Source: a virus (lineage: Duplodnaviria; Caudoviricetes). From it: 64,000 nt of DNA. Numbering within the stretch: the stretch's first letter is position 1; the number at the start of each line of letters is the position of its first letter. This document shows positions 35,070 to 45,056 of this stretch, in pieces. The notes under the pieces are model-generated. The model had not been told where the DNA came from and did no database searches. It saw only the letters and a list, made by a program, of their open reading frames with translations. The stretch lies in the IMG/VR virus record IMGVR_UViG_3300028588_000001, positions 1 to 64,000 of that record; one strand, given 5' to 3'. The translations under genes were made by a program, and so were the position numbers.

Positions 35070-35273
35070 CACTTGCGGCCAAGCGAGCGTGCGACGCCTT
35101 AGCACTCCAGTGGCGTGTAACGGTGCTGTCGTTGACGTGGGAATCCCGCCGGACTTCACGCGCCGCATGGTGGGCTGCAATCCACTGTGCGGCGTGCTTT
35201 AAGCGGCACGGGCAACGACCGAAGAATTAGCACGGGCACGTAAAGCCCTGCCAAGAACACCACCAGGGGAGCC

Positions 35274-35552
35274 ATGACCCACTTCAACGGACCAGACTAC
35301 AAGCCCGAGCGGGACGATGCGCGCCTGTCGGCGCAGCAGGCCGCCATCTTCGAGCTGGTGAAGGATGGGCAGTGGCGAACCCTCCGGGCGATCGCGCAGG
35401 CCTGCGCCGCACCGGAGGCGAGCGTCAGCGCGCAGCTGCGCCACCTACGCAAAGAACGGTTCGGCGGCCATGCCGTCAACAAGCGGTACCTGGGCGCCGG
35501 CTTGTACGAGTACCAGCTCGTGCCCAGATTGACCGATTCCTCTGCAAAATGA
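35274..35552 (+). CDS. Phage wHTH protein
   Basis: QQAAIFELVKDGQWRTLRAIA..EASVSAQLRHLRK. Confidence 0.75.
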   Translation: MTHFNGPDYKPERDDARLSAQQAAIFELVKDGQWRTLRAIAQACAAPEASVSAQLRHLRKERFGGHAVNKRYLGAGLYEYQLVPRLTDSSAK

Positions 35553-35908
35553 AACTAACCAACCACGTCTACCCCTACATCAATTGCGACCAGGGCGAGA
35601 TCGAGCTGCACGCCTACGCGGTCAACGAGTTCGGCGCCACTGTCCAGCGCATGCAGCGCGAGCTGGTACGCACCAAGGACAAAGCCGTCTACCTGGGCCT
35701 GCAGGCGCTGGGCTGGACCCCGCCGGATGGCCTGCACGATGTCGTGTTCGCCGACAGCGCTGAGCAGGCGGACGCGGCCCGGGTCGCCATGGAGGCACCG
35801 AGCCTACGCGCCGCCATCGAGCGCGCCGGCCCAGATGCCTTGCATGCTGCGCTGGCCGAGCTGGGCTGGACTCACCTCGGCCGCGGCGTATGGACGGACC
35901 CAGAATGA
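35549..35908 (+). CDS. Hypothetical protein
   Basis: ATGA coupling at 35549. Confidence 0.6.
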   Translation: MKLTNHVYPYINCDQGEIELHAYAVNEFGATVQRMQRELVRTKDKAVYLGLQALGWTPPDGLHDVVFADSAEQADAARVAMEAPSLRAAIERAGPDALHAALAELGWTHLGRGVWTDPE

Positions 35909-36066
35909 TCGGTGAGCTGTTCGCGTACGGCGTGGCCGCCTGTTACCTGGCTGTCGCCATGTGGCACGGCTCGGACGCCATGCAGGCCGGCGAGGAAGCC
36001 AACGTGCGCCGGCGCCGCGCTCTTTACCTCCGATCGATCAAGAGGGCGCCGCCGCGTGGAACGTGA
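35905..36066 (+). CDS. Small membrane protein
   Basis: 53 aa, MIGELFAYGVAACYLAVAMW, read manually; ATGA overlap. Confidence 0.45.
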   Translation: MIGELFAYGVAACYLAVAMWHGSDAMQAGEEANVRRRRALYLRSIKRAPPRGT

Positions 36067-36232
36067 GCCCGCAGTAGGGGCACTTGTACAGCCGCAGGTT
36101 GAAGAACGCGCCGACATCCTCGGCGTCAGGGTGGCCCCACTGGTACTTGTCCTTGTCGGCCGCCGGCATGGGGCTGTCCTTTTCGCAGTAGCGGCGGGGG
36201 AGCGCAGGGCGCGCGTACAGCAGAGTGGGCAT
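36038..36232 (-). CDS. Small Zn-ribbon protein
   Basis: YC...YKCPYCG; a lone minus-strand ORF. Confidence 0.45.
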   Translation of the reverse strand: MPTLLYARPALPRRYCEKDSPMPAADKDKYQWGHPDAEDVGAFFNLRLYKCPYCGLTFHAAAPS

Positions 36233-36471
36233 CGTTGCATTCCTGAATGAGTACGAACTAGAAGGATACCAGCCGGCCGCGCGCCGGCGCTATCCGGTTT
36301 GGGGGCTGGCCCAGCTGGGCAGGCTTGGTCAGCCTCGAAGGCGGCCAGCCTCCAAACCAGATAGCGATCCCCAGCCGAGGGGCGAATGCCCGGGCCTGCG
36401 CTGGGAAGTGATCGGAAATGCGCTTGGCCAGCGCTGCTATCGCCAGATCCACGCAGTACAAGGGAATCCCC

Positions 36472-37161
36472 GTGAAGCTGAAACGCACCACAACGGACCG
36501 CCCGGACTTCCGAATCCACGAGGTCCCGCAGCCAACGTGCTATGACGCCCGAGATCCGATCCGACCATGGATCGCCCTCGATCGCACCCAGGACGACTAC
36601 GACGACATGCAACTCGTGCGCTCCTGGGCTCGCCGCGCACCAATCTCACCGCTGACTACCGCAGAGGCCTACGCCGGCCACGAGCCAGAGCCGCGCGTGT
36701 GCCATCCGAAGCACGTCGTCCCCGATCGCGTGTCGACCATCGAGCCGGCGCCGCCAGTAGATCCGGCCACCGAGATCCGCGAGCACGTCGCCCGACTGCT
36801 GGCCGAGCTGGATGACGCGCAAGGCTTCCTGCAGGCGCTCGATCGGCAGCGCGCCCAGGTCGACCGAGATCCGCCGCCATGGAAGCCACTGCGCTACGTG
36901 GTGATGGAGACCAGTGTGCGCCGCGATGCAGTTCAGATCCTGCTCCTGCCCGACAACGACGTATACGTGGGAGTGCTTGCCATCCCGAAGGAAGAGATTC
37001 GCCTTGTCGCCGGCATCCCGCAATGGATCAGCACACGAGCCGCCTACCTGTTGGGCACGAGCCCGCAGTTCACCCGCGTGTTGATGCGCCTGCACCCGCT
37101 GCCTCCCGCGCCGCCCGCAGACGCGCCACAACAGCCCGTAGAGGCTTCAACCGCCCTGTAA
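36472..37161 (+). CDS. Hypothetical protein
   Basis: GTG at 36472 after AAGGGA; precedes terS. Confidence 0.55.
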   Translation: MKLKRTTTDRPDFRIHEVPQPTCYDARDPIRPWIALDRTQDDYDDMQLVRSWARRAPISPLTTAEAYAGHEPEPRVCHPKHVVPDRVSTIEPAPPVDPATEIREHVARLLAELDDAQGFLQALDRQRAQVDRDPPPWKPLRYVVMETSVRRDAVQILLLPDNDVYVGVLAIPKEEIRLVAGIPQWISTRAAYLLGTSPQFTRVLMRLHPLPPAPPADAPQQPVEASTAL

Positions 37162-37246
37162 GGCACACAGACACCCATAGAGAGAGAAAGGAGCGCTGAG
37201 ACTGCCATAGACGCCGGCAGGCAGGCAATCGAAGCCAGATACATCC

Positions 37247-37870
37247 ATGGCAGAACCGAAGGCACCCGTCCAATGGGACTTGGTAGAGGTCGATTACCGC
37301 GCCGGCATCCTGTCCCTGAGAGTGATCGGGGCGAAATATGGCGTGTCCGACGCCGGCATCCTCAAGAAAGCGAAGAAAGAGGGCTGGACTCGTGACCTGG
37401 GCGCGAAGATCCGGGAAAAAGCAGCTCAGAAGGTTAGTGCGGCGGCGGTTAGCAAGCCGGTAAGTATACAAACCGCCGCTTACGAGCGCGAACTTGTTGA
37501 AGCAAATGCAACACTTCAATCCGACATCATCCTTGCGCACCGGCAAGACATCCAGCGGTCCCGCCGCCTGACGATGCGCCTGCTCACCGAGCTGGAAGGA
37601 CAAACCGACCACCTCGATCTGGTCGAGCAGCTGCGCGAAATGGTGTACAGCCCGGACGACAAGGGCCAGGACAAGCGCGACGAGCTGATCCGCAAGGTTA
37701 TCTCCCTTGCGAGCCGGTCGAGCACGATGAAAACGCTGGCCGATTCCCTCAAGGTACTGGTCGGCTTGGAGCGCGAGGCGTTCGGCGTCGACGCGGACGA
37801 GAACAAGGGCGGCAGCGAGGTCGACCAGGTTATCAAGCAAGTGAAAGCCAAAATTGCCGCGCGACAATGA
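37247..37870 (+). CDS. terS: Terminase small subunit
   Basis: N-terminal HTH WDLVEVDYRAGILSLRVIGAKYGVS..KEGW; overlaps terL. Confidence 0.8.
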   Translation: MAEPKAPVQWDLVEVDYRAGILSLRVIGAKYGVSDAGILKKAKKEGWTRDLGAKIREKAAQKVSAAAVSKPVSIQTAAYERELVEANATLQSDIILAHRQDIQRSRRLTMRLLTELEGQTDHLDLVEQLREMVYSPDDKGQDKRDELIRKVISLASRSSTMKTLADSLKVLVGLEREAFGVDADENKGGSEVDQVIKQVKAKIAARQ

Positions 37871-39407
37871 CAACTACCAGCGCGAGCTGGCCGAAACCGT
37901 CGAGATCCTGCGCAGCGACCTTGAGCTGCACTGCGAGACCTGCTTCTTCGTGAAGGACAAGGCGGGCCGCAAGGTTCCGTTCATCTGGAACAAGGCGCAG
38001 CACTACATCCATGCGCGGATCGAGGAGCAGCGCGCGAAAACCGGCAAGGTGCGCGCGATCATCCTCAAGGGCCGCCAGCAGGGCGCCTCGACGTACATCG
38101 CCGGCCGCTACTACGCGCGGACCTCGATCAACGAGGGCATCGGCGCCTTCATCGTGGCGCACGAGCAGAAGGCAACCGACAACCTCTTCACGATGGTGAA
38201 GCGGTATCACGATAACAACCCTCTCGCGCCGTCGACCAAGGCGTCGAACGCGAAAGAGCTGCTGTTCGGCGAGCTGGACGGCGGCTACAAGCTGGCGACC
38301 GCCGGCAGCGCCGACGTGGGCCGAGGCAACACCGCCCAGCTGCTGCACGCTTCCGAGTTCGCATTCTGGAAGAACGCCCAGAGCCACATGGCCGGCCTGG
38401 GCAACACCATTGCGGACATCGACGGCACCGAGATCATCATCGAGTCGACCGCGAACGGCACGAGCGGCGCCTACCACGAGATGTGGCAGAACGCCGAGGC
38501 CGGGATCGGCGACTACATCGCGATTTTCGTGCCGTGGTTCTGGCAGGACGAGTATCGCGCGCCAGTGCCGCCGGATCTGCTGCTGTCGAAGGACGACGAT
38601 GCCTACATGCAGGCGTACGGCCTCGACATGGAGCAGATGGCGTGGCGCCGCAACAAGATCGTGTCGTACGGCCAAGGCTTCGAGTGGCTTTTCGATCAGG
38701 AATACCCGGCCACCCCGGCACTGGCTTTCAGATCGGCGACCACCGACCCGCTGATCACGCCAACGACCGTCATGGCGGCCGTGAACAGCGGCTATCGCGA
38801 GCGCACCGGCTCGTTCGTGATCGGGTGCGACCCGGCCGAATACGGCGCCGACCGCACCGCGATCGCATTCCGGCACGGCCGGACGTGCTACCGCATCGAA
38901 TATCACGAGAAAAAGGGGCCGATGGAGGTCGCCGGCATCCTGGCGAGCTACTGGAAGGACCTGACGCCGAAGCCTGACGCCATCTTTGTCGACAAGATCG
39001 GCATCGGGTCGGGCATCGTGGACCGCCTCAAGGAGCTGGGCGTGCCCGTCATCGGCGTGAACAGCGCATCCAGGGCCGAGGACAGCGAGCGGTATGCCAA
39101 CAAGCGCGCCGAGATCTGGTACCGGCTCAAGGAATGGTTGGAGGACGGCCCCAACAGGCTACCGAAAGACCCGGCGCTGATCGCCGATATCTCCGCGCCG
39201 AGCTACAAAACGTCGTCCAACGGCTCGCGCCTCATCGAGTCCAAGGACGACATGAAGAAGCGCGGCATGCGCTCCCCGGACGGCGCCGACGCCCTGGCCA
39301 TGACGTTCGCCGAGAACGTGGTACCGCGTGCGCAGCGCGAAGGCAGCGATCGGGGCGACGACTACGGCAGCGGGGACACCGCGCCAGCATCACGAGCAGG
39401 GTATTGA
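37854..39407 (+). CDS. terL: Terminase large subunit
   Basis: ILKGRQQGAST (Walker A), LHASE (Walker B), IIESTANG, IGCDPA and RSPDGADAL nuclease motifs. Confidence 0.95.
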   Translation: MPRDNDNYQRELAETVEILRSDLELHCETCFFVKDKAGRKVPFIWNKAQHYIHARIEEQRAKTGKVRAIILKGRQQGASTYIAGRYYARTSINEGIGAFIVAHEQKATDNLFTMVKRYHDNNPLAPSTKASNAKELLFGELDGGYKLATAGSADVGRGNTAQLLHASEFAFWKNAQSHMAGLGNTIADIDGTEIIIESTANGTSGAYHEMWQNAEAGIGDYIAIFVPWFWQDEYRAPVPPDLLLSKDDDAYMQAYGLDMEQMAWRRNKIVSYGQGFEWLFDQEYPATPALAFRSATTDPLITPTTVMAAVNSGYRERTGSFVIGCDPAEYGADRTAIAFRHGRTCYRIEYHEKKGPMEVAGILASYWKDLTPKPDAIFVDKIGIGSGIVDRLKELGVPVIGVNSASRAEDSERYANKRAEIWYRLKEWLEDGPNRLPKDPALIADISAPSYKTSSNGSRLIESKDDMKKRGMRSPDGADALAMTFAENVVPRAQREGSDRGDDYGSGDTAPASRAGY

Positions 39408-39409
39408 GC

Positions 39410-39637
39410 ATGAAAGACACCGATCAGGACTACATCAACACATGGAACGCGCCTGAGCAGCCGTCGACCTCGATTGTGATCGAGGCGAGCGGCGCCGACG
39501 CCGGCACCGACCCGGCCAGCGTGGCCAGCATGGCATCGCAAGCGGCCGTGCAGCTCGCCCAGGTCGCCGAGGCGGCCGGCAACGAGGCGGCCGCGCAGAG
39601 CGCCGCGGAATACAGCAGTTCCTGGGCGCGACACTGA
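39410..39637 (+). CDS. Hypothetical protein
   Basis: 75 aa between terL and portal. Confidence 0.5.
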   Translation: MKDTDQDYINTWNAPEQPSTSIVIEASGADAGTDPASVASMASQAAVQLAQVAEAAGNEAAAQSAAEYSSSWARH

Positions 39638-39660
39638 CCGCCCACCAACGAATCACCATG

Positions 39661-39685
39661 GCCCGCCGCGAGCGGGCTTTTTTTT
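39661..39685 (+). terminator. Intrinsic terminator before portal
   Basis: GCCCGC-CGCGA-GCGGGC followed by 8 T. Confidence 0.75.
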
Positions 39686-39695
39686 GGACGTGTCC

Positions 39696-42011
39696 ATGAC
39701 CGAAGCATTAGAAAAAGACCAGCGGGAGTATGAAGCGGCAGCGGCCGAAGGGTTCCAGCGCGACGACAACACCGCCTATGTCGCCATGGATGCGCTCGGC
39801 ACCGTCCTGATCTCCGAATTCCAGCAGGCGGTTCTGGACCGGCGCGAGACCGAGCAGCGCTGGTTGCAGGACCTGCGCCAGTACAAGGGCATCTACGACC
39901 CCGAGATCGAGCAGCGCATCGGCAGGAACCGCTCGAAGGCGTACGTGCGCGCTACCCGCGTCAAGGTCAAGACCGTCGACGCCCGCGTGGCGGATCTCCT
40001 GTTTCCGTCGAACTCCGACCGCAACTGGACGGCCGAGCCTACGCCGGTACCGTCGATCGACCGCCAGAGCAAGGTGGCGATCTTCGCACAGCTGGCCCAG
40101 GCCCTCGGCCGGGCGCCGAATCAGCGCGAGCAGGACGAAGCGGTGCGCAAGTACGTCAAGCGCGCGGCCGACAAGATGACCTCGATCATGGATGACCAGC
40201 TGTCCGAGGCCCGGTACCGCGAGACCGCGCGCGAGATCCTGCATTCCGGCCACCTGTACGGCACCGGCGTGCTCAAGGCGCCGCTGGTCGAGCGCAAGAC
40301 CCGCGACAAGTTCGTGTTGGAGCACGGCCGCTGGGTCATGAAGCAGGAAAGCTACGTCGTCCCGTTCGTGGACTACGTGCCCCTGTGGCGGTTCTACCCG
40401 GATATGTCGGCGACCCGGCTGGAGGACTGCAATTTCGTCTACGAGCTGCACCTGTTCACCCGGGCACAGATCGCGGCCCTGTCCAAGCGCAAGTCGTTCA
40501 AGGGCGACAAGATCCGCGCCTACATCCTCGCGAATCCGAAGGGCGCGCAGACCACCACGTCGTCCACCTACGACAACGAGATCCGCCAGATCGGCGTGCG
40601 CACCAATGCGCGCGTGAACCACGACGGCAAGTACGAAGTGATCGAGCGCTGGGGATACCTCGACGGCGAGCAGCTGTCCCAGGTCGGCGTGAAGGTACCG
40701 CAGGAACGGATGCACGAGACCTTCTTCGCGAATACCTGGCTGTTGCCGAACGGTGAAGTGATCAAGTGCGTGCTCCAGCCGATCAACGGCGTCACCTACC
40801 CGTACCACCTGTACTACTGCGACAAGGACGAGACCAGCATCTTCGCGGACGGCTTCGCAGCCATCATGCGCGACGATCAGACCACCATCAACGCGGCAAC
40901 GCGCATGGTTCTCGACCACGCGGCGATCACGGCCGGCCCGCAGTTTGAAGTCAACATGAAGCTGCTCTCGCCGAGCGAGCGCGCCGACGATATGTACCCG
41001 TTCAAGCTGTGGAAGCGGAACGGCGAGGACGCCGCAAGCCCGGCGATCCGCGTGCTGAACGTGCCGCTGGGCCTGGAAGAGCTGCTTCCGATCGTTGAAA
41101 TGTTCCAGAAGAACGCCGACGACGTGACGGCGATCCCGCGCTACATGCAGGGCCAGAACGCCACCGGCGGCGCGGCCGGCACCGCGTCGGGCATGTCGAT
41201 GCTGCTGGCGAACGCCTCGATCGTCATGAAGGACTTGCTGACCAACTACGACGCCGTGACGCGCACCTTCATCACGGCCCTGTACAAGTGGAACATGCAG
41301 TTCAACCCGGACAACGACTGCAAGGGCGACTTCGACATCAAGGCGCGCGGCACTGCGTCCCTGATGGCGAAAGAGATCCGCGCCCAGCAGCTCGACCAGT
41401 TCGCCGCCACGCTCAGCCCCGACGACGCGCCCTATATCAAGCGCGAAGAGCTGCTGCGCCAGCGTGCCGAGGCCCACGACCTCCAAAGCATCATCAAGAG
41501 CGAGGAAGAAGTGCAGGCCGAGCAGAACAGCGAAGCGGCCAAGCAGCAAGCGCAGTTCGCCCAGAAGATGCAGGAGCTGCAAATGCAGCTGGCCGAGGCG
41601 AACGTGCACAAGGTCATCGGCGAAGTGCAGCGACTGTCCGCCCTGGTCGAGCAGCTGCAAGCGGCCGCCACGAAAACGAAGGTCGACACGGCCTATGCCG
41701 GCATGCAGGCGGGCGGCGTTGCCACCGAGCGGCCCGAGATTGCGCCTGCAGGCGATGCAATCCTCAAGTCGGCCGGCTACGTCGACAAGACACCGCAAGA
41801 TCCGGCGGCGCCAGTCATGCCGGCCGGCGCAGGAGCTGCGCAGGTCGATCCCGCTCAGCCGGGAATGACCAGCACCGACCCAGCGGCCGCGCCGCCGGCG
41901 CCAGTGCCAGCCGTGCCGGATCTCGCCGCGCAGCGCGACCCGCAAGGCGGCCAAGTCGGCGCCAACGTCGGCGAGCGTGCCGGTATCGAAACCCCAGCAA
42001 TCGAGAGCTAA
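39696..42011 (+). CDS. Portal protein (podoviral type)
   Basis: Position after terL; RSKAYVRATRVKV and GHLYGTGVLK; long Gln-rich helical C-terminal barrel. Confidence 0.88.
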   Translation: MTEALEKDQREYEAAAAEGFQRDDNTAYVAMDALGTVLISEFQQAVLDRRETEQRWLQDLRQYKGIYDPEIEQRIGRNRSKAYVRATRVKVKTVDARVADLLFPSNSDRNWTAEPTPVPSIDRQSKVAIFAQLAQALGRAPNQREQDEAVRKYVKRAADKMTSIMDDQLSEARYRETAREILHSGHLYGTGVLKAPLVERKTRDKFVLEHGRWVMKQESYVVPFVDYVPLWRFYPDMSATRLEDCNFVYELHLFTRAQIAALSKRKSFKGDKIRAYILANPKGAQTTTSSTYDNEIRQIGVRTNARVNHDGKYEVIERWGYLDGEQLSQVGVKVPQERMHETFFANTWLLPNGEVIKCVLQPINGVTYPYHLYYCDKDETSIFADGFAAIMRDDQTTINAATRMVLDHAAITAGPQFEVNMKLLSPSERADDMYPFKLWKRNGEDAASPAIRVLNVPLGLEELLPIVEMFQKNADDVTAIPRYMQGQNATGGAAGTASGMSMLLANASIVMKDLLTNYDAVTRTFITALYKWNMQFNPDNDCKGDFDIKARGTASLMAKEIRAQQLDQFAATLSPDDAPYIKREELLRQRAEAHDLQSIIKSEEEVQAEQNSEAAKQQAQFAQKMQELQMQLAEANVHKVIGEVQRLSALVEQLQAAATKTKVDTAYAGMQAGGVATERPEIAPAGDAILKSAGYVDKTPQDPAAPVMPAGAGAAQVDPAQPGMTSTDPAAAPPAPVPAVPDLAAQRDPQGGQVGANVGERAGIETPAIES

Positions 42012-42014
42012 CAC

Positions 42015-42317
42015 ATGACCTTTCCTCAAGTCGGCATGCCCATGGAGTACTGGCCGAGCCCGTGGGACCGTAGCGGGCCGGGCGCCATGGCCCAGCAGAC
42101 CGGCGTGCCCCTGTACGCCGTCGTCGTGGCGGTGAATTCGCCGCAGAACGTCAATCTGGCCGTGTTCGACGCGGCGGGCAAGCATCACGCCCGCACGTCG
42201 GTCCCGATCGTGCACAACCGCGCCCAGGATCTGCCGGCCAGCAGCGGCACCGCCTATGCGGAGCTGGCTGGTTCGCATCTGCACCGCACGCTGGCCGCGC
42301 AGGCTGTCCCGGCATGA
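42015..42317 (+). CDS. Hypothetical phage protein
   Basis: 100 aa; YAVVVAV..VNLAVFDAAG. Confidence 0.65.
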   Translation: MTFPQVGMPMEYWPSPWDRSGPGAMAQQTGVPLYAVVVAVNSPQNVNLAVFDAAGKHHARTSVPIVHNRAQDLPASSGTAYAELAGSHLHRTLAAQAVPA

Positions 42318-42559
42318 TCGACATCGAGAAGCGCCGCGCACGCATCCATGCGGCCACGCAGGAGCTGCGCGAGTACCGCGCGATGCCGGAAACGAAGCTG
42401 ATCCTGGCCCTGCTCGATAGCTTGGCCGTTGACCTGCTCGAAGATCTGGCCACTACCAAGCCGGAGCGCCTGCAATACACGCAAGGCGCGCTGGCCCAGG
42501 TGCGCGCGCTGCACCTCGCGATCAGTTCCGACGATCCCGACCGTTCCGCGAAAGCGTAA
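42314..42559 (+). CDS. Hypothetical head-module protein
   Basis: 81 aa; LQYTQGALAQVRAL. Confidence 0.65.
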   Translation: MIDIEKRRARIHAATQELREYRAMPETKLILALLDSLAVDLLEDLATTKPERLQYTQGALAQVRALHLAISSDDPDRSAKA

Positions 42560-42577
42560 ACACCGACCGCACGCATG

Positions 42578-42604
42578 AAACCCGCCCTTGAGCGGGTTTT
42601 TTTT
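42578..42604 (+). terminator. Intrinsic terminator
   Basis: AAACCCGC-CCTTGA-GCGGGTTT-TTTTT. Confidence 0.75.
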
Positions 42605-42638
42605 CGTCCGCGCCGTCCATCCACACAGGAGAAACACC

Positions 42639-43514
42639 ATGGCAATCGCCACCAAAGACCAGCAAGACCAGGACGACGCCGATTTCGCGGCGCAGTTCGA
42701 CGCTCCCGACGCGGAGAAGAAGCAAATCAGCGAGGACGAAGCATTCGGCCTCGCCGATACCGACCCAGCCCCGGCCGCTGGCGAGGGCGAAGGCGCTACC
42801 ACCGATACGGGCGGCGCCGATGCAGCGGCCGCGCCGGCCGAAGCCACCGCCCAGGAACCGCAGGAAAGCGATGCCGAGAAGGCACTGCGCGAGCGTGAAG
42901 CCGCCGTGGCAGCGCGCGAGGCCGAGCTGGCCGCGAAGGAAGCCTCGATCTCGACCACCAACGTCGGCGAGACCCAGAACGACGGCGAAGGCAGCGGCGA
43001 AGGCGGTACCGGCGGCAGCGCCGGCGAGGACCCGGACGGCGACCCGGCGCAGCTGCTGGCCGACGACTTCGGCCCGGACTTCGTACAGCTGCTGACCCGC
43101 TTCATCAAGCAGATCTGCAAGGGCGAGCTGGGCGAAGGCCTGGGCAGCATCAACGCCACCGTGGATCAAGTGATCCACCACCTGACCAGCGAGCGTCAGG
43201 CCAACCACTTCAAGGCGATCAAGGACGCGCACGACGACTTCATGGAAGTGGTCGATTCGCCGGAATTCAGCGCGTGGAAGGGCTCGCAGGCCCCGGAAGA
43301 GCAAGACCGCCTGCAGCGCGTGGTCGACAGCGGCAGCGCCCAAGAAATCATCGACATGCTGACCGCCTTCAAGCAGTCGCGCGGCAACGGCGCATCGACG
43401 GTGGACGAAAGCGCCCTGGACGACGCCGAGGGCGTGCGCAGCGGCGGCGGCATGTCGTTGCCGAGCGAGCCGGCGGCCGCCGACGACTACGCCCGGGCCT
43501 GGGATCAGGCCTGA
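42639..43514 (+). CDS. Capsid scaffolding protein
   Basis: Very acidic, low-complexity helical protein directly before the MCP; AGGAG RBS. Confidence 0.75.
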   Translation: MAIATKDQQDQDDADFAAQFDAPDAEKKQISEDEAFGLADTDPAPAAGEGEGATTDTGGADAAAAPAEATAQEPQESDAEKALREREAAVAAREAELAAKEASISTTNVGETQNDGEGSGEGGTGGSAGEDPDGDPAQLLADDFGPDFVQLLTRFIKQICKGELGEGLGSINATVDQVIHHLTSERQANHFKAIKDAHDDFMEVVDSPEFSAWKGSQAPEEQDRLQRVVDSGSAQEIIDMLTAFKQSRGNGASTVDESALDDAEGVRSGGGMSLPSEPAAADDYARAWDQA

Positions 43515-43621
43515 CACCCGTGCCAGTGCGGTCTCTCACTGGCAACGCTGCTGTTGACGCCTCAACAGATCCAAAACCCTCCCGGCCGCTCGGTCGACAA
43601 GCCACATAGATAGGAAATTCA

Positions 43622-44623
43622 ATGGCACAAACCAACTACGGCGATATCTCGCCGCGTACCGCCGCGTATGCAGAAAAAGAGCTGCTGAAACGCGCGCTCC
43701 CGTTCATGGTCATCGAGAAGTTCGGCCAGGCCAAGGCCCTGCCGGCAAACAACTCGAAAACGATGGTGTTCCGTCGCTACTCGGCACTGGACCCGACCCC
43801 GGCCGTGCTGACCGAAGGCGTCACCCCGGGCTCGCAAACCATGCAGTTCACCGACATCCCGGTGACGCTGGTTCAATACGGCTCGATGATCACGATCAGC
43901 GACGTGATCCTCGACACCCACGAGGACAACGTGCTGAACGAGGCGATCGAGCTGCTGGGCGAGCAGGCCGCCCAGATGGTCGAGCGCATGCGCTTCGGCG
44001 TGCTGCGCGCGGGCACCAACGTCGTCTACGCGAACGGTGCGAACCGTGGCGCGGTGAACACCCCGATCAACCTGACCGCGCAGCGCCGCGTCGTCAAGGC
44101 GCTGAAACGCCAGAACGCCGAGCAGATCACCAAAGTGGTCAAGTCCACCCCGGCATTCGGTACCGAAGCGGTGGCAAAGGCCTACATCGCCCTGATCCAC
44201 CCGGACATGGAAGCCGACGTGCGCAACATGGTCGGCGCCGACGGCCGCAGCGTGTTCGTGCCGGTCGAGAAGTACGGCACCATGACCCCGTACGAGAACG
44301 AGATCGGCAAGGTGGAGGACGTGCGCTACCTGTCGTCCACCATCTTCACCCCTTGGGCGGACGCCGGCGCCGTCAAGGGCAACATGACGTCGACCAACGG
44401 CGCCCAGGCCGACGTGTACCCGGCCCTGTTCATCGGCGCAAACGCCTACGCGATCGTGGCCCTCAAGGGCATGTTCGCACTGACCCCGATGGTCGTGAAC
44501 CCGAAGCCGTCGGACAGCGACCCGATGGCCCAGCGCGGCCGCGTGGCCTTCAAGACCATGCAAGGTTGCGTGATCCTCAATGACCAGTTCATGGCCCGCC
44601 TGGAGGCGGCCGTCACCGCGTAA
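43622..44623 (+). CDS. Major capsid protein, N4-gp56 family
   Basis: NYGDISPRTAAYAEKELLKRA..FGQ..LPANNSKTMVFRRY..EGVTP..DPMAQRG. Confidence 0.93.
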   Translation: MAQTNYGDISPRTAAYAEKELLKRALPFMVIEKFGQAKALPANNSKTMVFRRYSALDPTPAVLTEGVTPGSQTMQFTDIPVTLVQYGSMITISDVILDTHEDNVLNEAIELLGEQAAQMVERMRFGVLRAGTNVVYANGANRGAVNTPINLTAQRRVVKALKRQNAEQITKVVKSTPAFGTEAVAKAYIALIHPDMEADVRNMVGADGRSVFVPVEKYGTMTPYENEIGKVEDVRYLSSTIFTPWADAGAVKGNMTSTNGAQADVYPALFIGANAYAIVALKGMFALTPMVVNPKPSDSDPMAQRGRVAFKTMQGCVILNDQFMARLEAAVTA

Positions 44624-44642
44624 TCGGTAGACCCGTCCCATA

Positions 44643-44671
44643 AACGCCCGCCGCGCGCGGGCGTTTCCTTT
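44643..44671 (+). terminator. Intrinsic terminator after MCP
   Basis: AAACGCCCGC-CGCGC-GCGGGCGTTT-CCTTTT. Confidence 0.7.
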
Positions 44672-44693
44672 TCCAATTCAGGAGCATCAAAAC

Positions 44694-45047
44694 ATGGCAG
44701 CAAAAGACACCAGCGTTACCACCATCGACGACGAAACCCCAGCAGCCGCGGCCCCGCGCGCCAAAAAGATCGCCGTCACCGATGCGCACAGCGCAATGAG
44801 CGGCCAGATGGCCGAGATCACCATCCACTCGGGCGAAGGCGAAGCCGGCAAGCAGGCCGTTTTCCTGTCCATCAACGGCCATGGCATCCTGATTCCGCGC
44901 GGCGTGCCGTCGATCGTGCCGGCCGAAGTCGCCGAGATCCTCGATAACGCCACCATGACCGTCTACGAGGCAGGCGCGAACAACACGATCGTGTCGCGCG
45001 AAGTCAAGCGCTTCTCGTACAACGTCAAGGTCGGCATCGTCAAGTAA
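44694..45047 (+). CDS. Head-associated phage protein
   Basis: VFLSINGHGILIPRG..VPAEVAEILDNA; follows the MCP. Confidence 0.7.
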   Translation: MAAKDTSVTTIDDETPAAAAPRAKKIAVTDAHSAMSGQMAEITIHSGEGEAGKQAVFLSINGHGILIPRGVPSIVPAEVAEILDNATMTVYEAGANNTIVSREVKRFSYNVKVGIVK

Positions 45048-45056
45048 CGGCGAGCT

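Noticed and set aside
35207-35250. c-di-GMP-I riboswitch-like words (GGGCAA...ACGTAAAGCC)
   Set aside because: No GNRA-capped P2 stem between them; the resemblance is limited to short words.
43622-44623. Assignment to lytic N4-like phages
   Set aside because: Only the capsid family matches; no virion RNA polymerase, RNAP1/2 or DNA polymerase is seen, and a repressor and parAB are present.
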